Virus record (IMG/VR): IMGVR_UViG_3300027801_002650
Span: 1-64,000 of that record
DNA length: 64,000 nt
DNA from: a virus
Direction: 5' to 3' (one strand)
Below are positions 57,269 to 64,000 of this stretch, piece after piece. The position numbers and the translations under genes were made by a program. Below the pieces are notes generated by a model, which had not been told where the DNA came from, made no database searches, and saw only the letters and a program-made list of their open reading frames with translations. Position 1 is the first letter of the stretch. Every line of letters begins with the position of its first letter.

Positions 57269-60200
57269 TCAATCAAGAGTCGAAACTCCGTCATGGGTAT
57301 CAAACCTGATAAAGTCTTCAAAAACAATATCAGCAATCGTACGTGGATTACTAAGACTGTCTAAAATAATCTCAGATTTTGTGGCACGAATCGGTTCATC
57401 ACTAAGAATGGTATGACCCTGTTGAGTCAATAACCAATCATCTTGTTGAACCATATCGTACTTTTCTGTCAGCACAAAGTCATGCAAGGAATCATATCCC
57501 GCAATGATCGAATCACCATATCCGGTGAATAATTCCAGATCTAAGTCAAATCCCGTTTCTGTAGTAATAAAGAAAGGAGATCCGCCCAATTCTGCGTCAA
57601 GGATCAATGTGTTGTATGTTCCCTCAGCAAGTATAAACTCATCCAGTTCTGTAGCAAGACCTCCTTCACCATCATAAACTTCTGTTATGATTGGGGTGTC
57701 GTCTTCCTCAGCTAAAATGAACTGCAGGGGTTCTTCTATTAATAGGCCATGAAGTTGAACATCATCACCTTGGATGAATATTCTTCCCTGCCCATATTGT
57801 ATTACGGCGTAAGACGTCTCAATGTGTCTCGTACCTTCTGTCGTGGCATCAACTAGAAAACTAAGATTTGCTATATCCCCTGTATCTGGGGGAATACCTA
57901 CGTCAGAGAGTATACTTCCACCAAGGTCTGCGGTGATAGTGTTTGCGTATAGCTCAAAAATCTCAGTTGTGAGAGGTATCTCGTTAAGTTGGAGCACATG
58001 CTTTTCGACGTCTATAACATGACTTCGAATGTCTGTAGAATGGATACTCCAATCGTAATCTATACTCGTTATTATCTGCGAGTTAGAGTTATTTAGGGCT
58101 GACGTTCCTCCGTTGAATTGGTCCCCTGTCGCAGTTATATTGAACTGAATGACGGGTGTTATTTCAAAAGGAGCGAATTGAAACGGAACAAGATTCGTTA
58201 CGTCAATCGTTACACCAGCATATGTAAAATCATACTCAGTTTTTAGCGATGTCGTATTTCCAGCAAAGGTATACGCTCCATTAACACTGATTGGTTGTGG
58301 AGGCACTAAAAATGGATCTATGTAATCAATTTCAATAGTCGATACATCACCAGCAAACAATGCAAATTGGTTGCTAAAGTCTGGCGTATCTTTTCCTAGA
58401 CCCGAAGGTTTCCCTACGGTGAAATGGGTAGTATTAGCCCCACTCAAAAACAATGCATGAGAATTCATGATGGTGCTATCTACCAGAAAATTATTGGGCA
58501 CACTTGAATATATACCTTTAATAGATTGCTGCATAAATCCATCATTTCGTCCGTTACCGAACGTCCAGATCTGAGTTGTATTCGCTGTGACACGTTTTAG
58601 ATTCGGATCACGCACTCCTTCGATTGCTATGTTATTGGCATCATCAACATACACAAAGGAACTTTCTTCTAAAGATTTCCAACCCATTGGATCAAGGCCA
58701 AATCCACTTCTATTATCATAACTGTTTCCTCCGATTTCTCTACCGGAAAGGGTTCGATTATGGGTTGCAACCAAAGCAACTTTCATACCATGCTCATAGA
58801 AAGTTGAAAACGATCCAGTATTAGATGAGGATCGCAATGTCTCTGGACCAGAGGCACCAACAGTAAATCCTTCAGGAACAGCTGTCGTGACCGTATTTAC
58901 GGTCAACGGATGTGCTGAACTACTCAGTTCTGTTGTCTCTCCTGACTCGAGTTCGGAAAGATAGAAACGGAACTGGTTATTCAAAGGATCGTCGGTGCCT
59001 TCAATCCAACCTGTTTCAGGATCATCTGTTCTGAATTCGTTGATCCCTGCTCCACAATGTCTACCATTATAAGATATAGTTATTGAGTACCATTTATCGA
59101 GTCTTGTTCTATATCGATTTGGCCAATTATAAGGTACCGTGTCCGTTGGATCTATCTCTAGTCGCGTAATAAAAGTATTTGCACCATCGGGATCACCGTA
59201 AGTAAAAACCATGAATCGGTTGTTGATACCAAATCGAAATCCAGGACCTTCATTGTCATTTGCCTGTGACCAAATCCACATTGGATCCCAATTATTACTA
59301 TCTTGATTCCCTCTGTTATGTCCATCTAGGGATTGAAAGGTTTCAATATTAAACATAGCAGTTACTGTCCACTCATTATTAGCAGCAGAAATGTCACTGT
59401 CTTGTTGTTTAGCAAGTGGGTAACTGTCGTAGGTGTTTATCCTTAGACCATTGGTATCATTTCTTCTGTGTACAAGTGCTGTATCTCCGATCGGTGTCCA
59501 GATTGTTTCATACGGGGTAACTCCATAATAGTTTGGTCCTCGATCTGTAACAGAGTATGGAAATACATCAGCGCATCCGACAATATCATAATCAAAGATT
59601 AATGACTCGAAACTCAGATCCAATGATACTGTAATTTGTGGAGTTATGAACGAGGTTAAATCCCAATGAATCACGTTTTCACCCAAATCGGATGTAGCAA
59701 TTGTCCAGGCGTATACTATTCCCAAATGGAATTCATGTTCAGGTTCGGCAAATTCTGAGCCACCGATCAAGTTCCCAACAAGTATTGGATCATGTACTTC
59801 ATGTATTGGAAGAACGATCGTGGATGCATCTATTGGAAGTTGGACATCCAATTCAAATTCATTTTGTCTATGGTACTGCGAATGTGTAATAATCTGTTGC
59901 CGTGGAACAAAGAGATAAAATTCTTCTTCCCACTCATGGGATTCTCTTACGATCAAGTCCTGCTCAGGCATATAGAGAATAGGTTCGTAGTATGAGTAAA
60001 TGGTCGCAGTATTATATTCTACAATAAACTCAAAAGTCAATGACCTTTCGTGCAGAGACGTTACAACACAGGCACCGATATCCTTTGGAGCAAATCCATC
60101 AACATCAGCAGGTGTGCCTCCATCCAGTATTTCTCTTAAATCTGAGTCTTTAGAATAGGAACGATAGACAGGTGACTGAGGAAAGTTCCACCAGATTGTT

Positions 60201-63200
60201 CCAGCATTGAAAGGAACAAGGTGGTTATGAATTTCTCGAGATACTGTAACAGAAGCATCGTAGAAAATCGGATCAGACATTTCTAGTTGAGGTTCGCTAT
60301 AGACTACTATAGATGTTAAATCAATTAAAAGAACATCTGCTCTGTCAGGTGGAGCAATATATGGTGGAGGAACCTCCAAATACAATTCTATTTCAATATG
60401 CCTTGGGAAAGTCTGAGGCATCCACCAGCGTGCTTGCTCGTCATTGATATGGTCACCATCTTCGTAAACCAAAAAGTTTCCGTCCTCAGTATAGAAATAG
60501 TAAGGAACGTTTTGTGCAGGTTTACGATTTGGCTCCCACATAACTGGAGTCAAATTCATAGGTTGAATGTCCCCAAAATCCAACTCGTAAGCAGGATAAT
60601 CCTGGATAACACTCCATCCACGAGTATCTCGCCGGAGGTCACTTCCTTCTTGATTATACTCAGAGAACTGTCTGTCAACTAAATCCCAATTGTATACAAG
60701 ATTTCTGATTGACTCTGGGATTTCTTCGTTTAGAATGTAACCATTGTCCTCAAACGTAACAGCACTATTAGGATTATCATCTAACAAACAATGCCACCCA
60801 CCAGATTCTGTTTCTAATCCGTAAGGGATGAGAGTATGATCAATAACCCTTTGTTCTCCAGCAACGTATGCTAACGTGTCGGGCATTGATTGGGAATGAT
60901 GATATTCTATTTCTACTGCCTCAGGATGCACGGAAAACTGTACATTGGCCTGCATATTATACTCTAACTGAGGACTATGAGTAGGGGTAAAGACACTAAA
61001 GGTCGTCGACGCATCATAGAAGCAGTAAATCTCTTTGTGATACTCTACTGGAATATCACCGCATTCATCCTCTATTGCCAAGTACTCAAGTTGAAATCCT
61101 TGTGATTCTGTTACCATCCTTGAAGAAAAGTTACCAATAACGTCTGTGTTTGCTACCTTCTGTTCGCTTGATTCTGTTATTAGTAGTTCCCCTGTAGTAT
61201 TATACCCTATGTCAATTCCAATTTTTTCTGCTGAAGTGGTTACAAAGTCTGGGTAGTATGTTGAATGGTATTCGGGAGGTGTCATTATCAGTCTCTCGTA
61301 CAACATCTGACTACTTGCTACGCTAGCAGTTTCCTGAATCAAAAGTCCACACTGTCTTCCAAGTGGCAATTTAACAGCAGTACTGGTAGCACTGATAACC
61401 ATTAATATGTCTATTTCAACAGCCGTAGGAATGGCAATGATTTCCCCAATTTCAACATTAAAATCACCCAAGTCATTGAGAATAAACATTTCCATATTGA
61501 TTGGTTTTACCACCTCAGGATTCAGCCAACCTTCGTCTGCCGCAACATGGACAGGCAAGTAATGATACTCAGTTGGTACTAATGGATTTCCGTGGCCACG
61601 TATTTCTATTTCGACATTCATCGAAGGAGTGGCATAAAGATTCAGTGTTGGATAAATCTCTGGCTGAGTGGATCCTGATATGTGTAGTACGCTAGGTATT
61701 TGAGTATTGATGAAATCGTTATTGTGGTAAACAATAGTTGGTTCGGAAAAAGCAAACCAGTCTCTGTGAGTATGGACTGACCCGTTAGCACCTGCTTGCT
61801 GCCAATCAGCACTAAACTCTTCCGATAACATATTTCCATCGTCTTCAAAGACTATCTGAAGATTTCCAGTTGGATCTTGATTCTGTTGCTCAGCGAAGAA
61901 TACGAAACTATTGAAATCTGGCAAATCGGCTATGACTCTATCATACCTAACCCTGTAAGGTTCTGGGATTGTAGTTGGATTGTCTCTCCAGTCCCTGTAG
62001 ACTGTTCCGTCGTAATCAGATGGATGGCGTTCCTTATCAAAAAGAGGATTGTAAAAATTTTGAGTCGTTACGTCTATGGGGAGATCGAAGTCTATCTCGT
62101 TTTGCATCTCTGCATAAATCCTACCATCCAGTGCCCAGTAAGGATAATCAAAATTAATCGGATTCCAAACTGCCCCAGGAGTTGTATCTTCAATCTTGAG
62201 ATAGAATGGAGCAGAAATCTCACCACCGAAAGTCATCTGTATTTCTTGTCTATAGAAACTTGCATTTCGTGTGATAAATGACCCAGATAATTCCTCTTCT
62301 ATATGAAACTGAGGAGGATTAGTATCGGTCATTGTTGCTTCAAATGGCCCATAATGTGTGAAGTTGTACGTTGCTACATTTGCATCTCCATCAAGGTAGA
62401 TGGCATTGCCCACGAACTGATCATAAACATTGTTGTCACCACCGAAATTAAGAACTGCCCCACCGAGGTGAGTCACTGTGTATTCGTTGTTTGTGCCTGT
62501 AGGCGTAACCTTGTACTCGGAATAAACAAAATCTGTATTTAGGTGATCGAGAGAACCTGTATTAGCAGGTTGAATAGCAAAAAGTGATGCTGTAACATTT
62601 CTGTATTGGTGATCACCTGAGAAAATGCCTCCGGGGATAAATGTAGTCTCAGGAAGTTTTACTGTTAAACTGCCAAGAGAAGAAATCTCTGCTTTAAAAT
62701 CTAACTGTTTCCCGTCGATCAATGTACCCTTGATACAGACAATCTCTCCGATGTTAAAACCTGCTCCGTTCATATTATCAAAACGATAGAAGTTTCCAGG
62801 ACCATCAATATTTGAACTGACAGTCATAATTCCATTAGAGGTGCCTGTAAATTTATGAGGTACGATGTCTGAGATAATAATTTTTTCAATCTCAGGACCT
62901 GTGTAATCAACTCCAGCATTATCCTTGATTCGAACAGTCTTAGCTGCTTCTGCTCCCTCGTAATATGAAATAGTAGTTTCAAATCCTGAGTTAAATCTAT
63001 CAGTCGGGCCACCGAAATCAATCTTATGACCAGCAACATATACTGCCTCGTGTCTATTTAAACCCAAAGGTGTCATCGAATAGACAGCAGGATTTGCCAA
63101 TGGAACTGATTCTATAGGGGAATCCTCGACCGTATACACGTAAGTAGGACTTGAGCCACTTCCAATATTGAAGTTTGTATCGCCCCAAGGTGTAGTAGCA

Positions 63201-64000
63201 AATCCCATGTTCTTAATGAAAATAGTATCAGCAGTTTTGCCAAGATACATACCAAAACCAACACCATACATACTGCTAGAATCTGACAACCCAACCCGTA
63301 ACCATTGACCAGGAGATATGCTGTTAAAATCAACAAACATCATTATTCCCGGTGTTGAGATACTGGTAACATCTCTTAAACGTACATCAGCAATATGAGT
63401 CACACCATCAATAGTAAACTCCCCGTAGTTGTATCCTGGGAAAACATCAACTGTCATTAATGGGGCAGAGGGAGTTTGGGGAATGAACCAATTTTGTGGA
63501 TATGACAGTGCTGAAGCAGTTGTATTTGAAGTCTGTATCGTTATAAGTGTTTCGGCAAGGAAATCAAATCCGTCGAACTCAAGAACCTGTGGTACTGTCT
63601 GTCGGATAATCGCGTTATGTATGCCTCCTCCGTAGATATCCGATGGGCCACCCCAATCTAATACGGGACCTGATACACGAGCAACATTATAATTACTAGA
63701 ACCTTCGTGAGTAAAGGTATAAACTGAAGGAACCTCAAAACTCGGATTTCCACCTGACACAACTGTGAGGTTTTCGATCGAAGGATTTACAAGTCCTATC
63801 TCATTAATTTCTGCAGTAAAGTTTGCTCTGTTCAATAGATTATTGGAAGCATCCTTGAGATTTACCCGTCCTTCAAAAGTATTAATGTCCCCACGTCGGA
63901 GACTTCCGCCATTGATTATATCACCGGAAATGTATGTGACAACGAACCTGTCAGGTGTTAACATGTAATCAAGTCGATAAATACCGATCTCACCCGTATC
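57269..64000 (-). CDS. very large acidic structural protein (gp7 position, baseplate-associated), 5'-truncated
   Basis: The frame stays open from 63964 to the window edge (DTGEIGIYRLDY-M). It lies upstream of gp8 and contains a LamG/ConA-like segment (WTVTAMF...WYSITISYNG...FYL) and repeats. Confidence 0.65.
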   Translation of the reverse strand, partial: DTGEIGIYRLDYMLTPDRFVVTYISGDIINGGSLRRGDINTFEGRVNLKDASNNLLNRANFTAEINEIGLVNPSIENLTVVSGGNPSFEVPSVYTFTHEGSSNYNVARVSGPVLDWGGPSDIYGGGIHNAIIRQTVPQVLEFDGFDFLAETLITIQTSNTTASALSYPQNWFIPQTPSAPLMTVDVFPGYNYGEFTIDGVTHIADVRLRDVTSISTPGIMMFVDFNSISPGQWLRVGLSDSSSMYGVGFGMYLGKTADTIFIKNMGFATTPWGDTNFNIGSGSSPTYVYTVEDSPIESVPLANPAVYSMTPLGLNRHEAVYVAGHKIDFGGPTDRFNSGFETTISYYEGAEAAKTVRIKDNAGVDYTGPEIEKIIISDIVPHKFTGTSNGIMTVSSNIDGPGNFYRFDNMNGAGFNIGEIVCIKGTLIDGKQLDFKAEISSLGSLTVKLPETTFIPGGIFSGDHQYRNVTASLFAIQPANTGSLDHLNTDFVYSEYKVTPTGTNNEYTVTHLGGAVLNFGGDNNVYDQFVGNAIYLDGDANVATYNFTHYGPFEATMTDTNPPQFHIEEELSGSFITRNASFYRQEIQMTFGGEISAPFYLKIEDTTPGAVWNPINFDYPYWALDGRIYAEMQNEIDFDLPIDVTTQNFYNPLFDKERHPSDYDGTVYRDWRDNPTTIPEPYRVRYDRVIADLPDFNSFVFFAEQQNQDPTGNLQIVFEDDGNMLSEEFSADWQQAGANGSVHTHRDWFAFSEPTIVYHNNDFINTQIPSVLHISGSTQPEIYPTLNLYATPSMNVEIEIRGHGNPLVPTEYHYLPVHVAADEGWLNPEVVKPINMEMFILNDLGDFNVEIGEIIAIPTAVEIDILMVISATSTAVKLPLGRQCGLLIQETASVASSQMLYERLIMTPPEYHSTYYPDFVTTSAEKIGIDIGYNTTGELLITESSEQKVANTDVIGNFSSRMVTESQGFQLEYLAIEDECGDIPVEYHKEIYCFYDASTTFSVFTPTHSPQLEYNMQANVQFSVHPEAVEIEYHHSQSMPDTLAYVAGEQRVIDHTLIPYGLETESGGWHCLLDDNPNSAVTFEDNGYILNEEIPESIRNLVYNWDLVDRQFSEYNQEGSDLRRDTRGWSVIQDYPAYELDFGDIQPMNLTPVMWEPNRKPAQNVPYYFYTEDGNFLVYEDGDHINDEQARWWMPQTFPRHIEIELYLEVPPPYIAPPDRADVLLIDLTSIVVYSEPQLEMSDPIFYDASVTVSREIHNHLVPFNAGTIWWNFPQSPVYRSYSKDSDLREILDGGTPADVDGFAPKDIGACVVTSLHERSLTFEFIVEYNTATIYSYYEPILYMPEQDLIVRESHEWEEEFYLFVPRQQIITHSQYHRQNEFELDVQLPIDASTIVLPIHEVHDPILVGNLIGGSEFAEPEHEFHLGIVYAWTIATSDLGENVIHWDLTSFITPQITVSLDLSFESLIFDYDIVGCADVFPYSVTDRGPNYYGVTPYETIWTPIGDTALVHRRNDTNGLRINTYDSYPLAKQQDSDISAANNEWTVTAMFNIETFQSLDGHNRGNQDSNNWDPMWIWSQANDNEGPGFRFGINNRFMVFTYGDPDGANTFITRLEIDPTDTVPYNWPNRYRTRLDKWYSITISYNGRHCGAGINEFRTDDPETGWIEGTDDPLNNQFRFYLSELESGETTELSSSAHPLTVNTVTTAVPEGFTVGASGPETLRSSSNTGSFSTFYEHGMKVALVATHNRTLSGREIGGNSYDNRSGFGLDPMGWKSLEESSFVYVDDANNIAIEGVRDPNLKRVTANTTQIWTFGNGRNDGFMQQSIKGIYSSVPNNFLVDSTIMNSHALFLSGANTTHFTVGKPSGLGKDTPDFSNQFALFAGDVSTIEIDYIDPFLVPPQPISVNGAYTFAGNTTSLKTEYDFTYAGVTIDVTNLVPFQFAPFEITPVIQFNITATGDQFNGGTSALNNSNSQIITSIDYDWSIHSTDIRSHVIDVEKHVLQLNEIPLTTEIFELYANTITADLGGSILSDVGIPPDTGDIANLSFLVDATTEGTRHIETSYAVIQYGQGRIFIQGDDVQLHGLLIEEPLQFILAEEDDTPIITEVYDGEGGLATELDEFILAEGTYNTLILDAELGGSPFFITTETGFDLDLELFTGYGDSIIAGYDSLHDFVLTEKYDMVQQDDWLLTQQGHTILSDEPIRATKSEIILDSLSNPRTIADIVFEDFIRFDTHDGVSTLD

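Noticed and set aside
403-63968. The many short ORFs in the track that lie antisense to, or out of frame within, long genes (e.g. 10427-10888 +, 51149-51769 +, 21968-22462 -)
   Set aside because: They are shadow ORFs of genes with clear motifs and show no recognisable motifs of their own.
1-64000. tRNA/rRNA genes, CRISPR arrays, diversity-generating retroelement
   Set aside because: Intergenic gaps are very short, and I saw no repeat-spacer array, cloverleaf or reverse transcriptase. This was by eye, not a computed scan.

Overview
A 64 kb piece of a large, AT-rich T4-like myophage genome. The minus strand carries the virion morphogenesis module. In transcription order it runs: a 5'-truncated giant baseplate/structural protein, gp8 baseplate wedge, a VrlC-like protein, two repeat-rich fibre proteins, two small proteins, gp13, three small membrane-type genes, gp14, gp15, a lipoprotein, gp16, gp17, gp18, gp19 and gp20. 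It then continues into a RuvC-like resolvase, a zincin, a small Cys-rich ORF and the start of a probable DNA ligase. Between the fibre genes and gp13, on the opposite (+) strand, lies a ~29 kb (12363-41501) operon-like island of 35 abutting or overlapping genes, mostly enzymes. It holds 14 radical-SAM proteins in three architectures, plus a carbamoyltransferase, a flavin halogenase-like enzyme, a nitroreductase, two 2OG/Fe(II)-type oxygenases, an adenylate-forming ligase, an amidinotransferase with altered catalytic residues, a QueC-like enzyme, a PLP enzyme, methyltransferase-like proteins and three glycosyltransferase-like proteins. The island begins at a late-promoter-like CTAAATA box that is back-to-back with the gp13 box, and it contains at least three sigma70-type promoters embedded inside its coding sequences. 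It is the strongest candidate for an undescribed system: a phage-encoded tailoring pathway whose substrate (virion proteins/glycan, DNA or a small molecule) cannot be determined from sequence alone. All protein calls come from motif recognition by eye, not from database searches.
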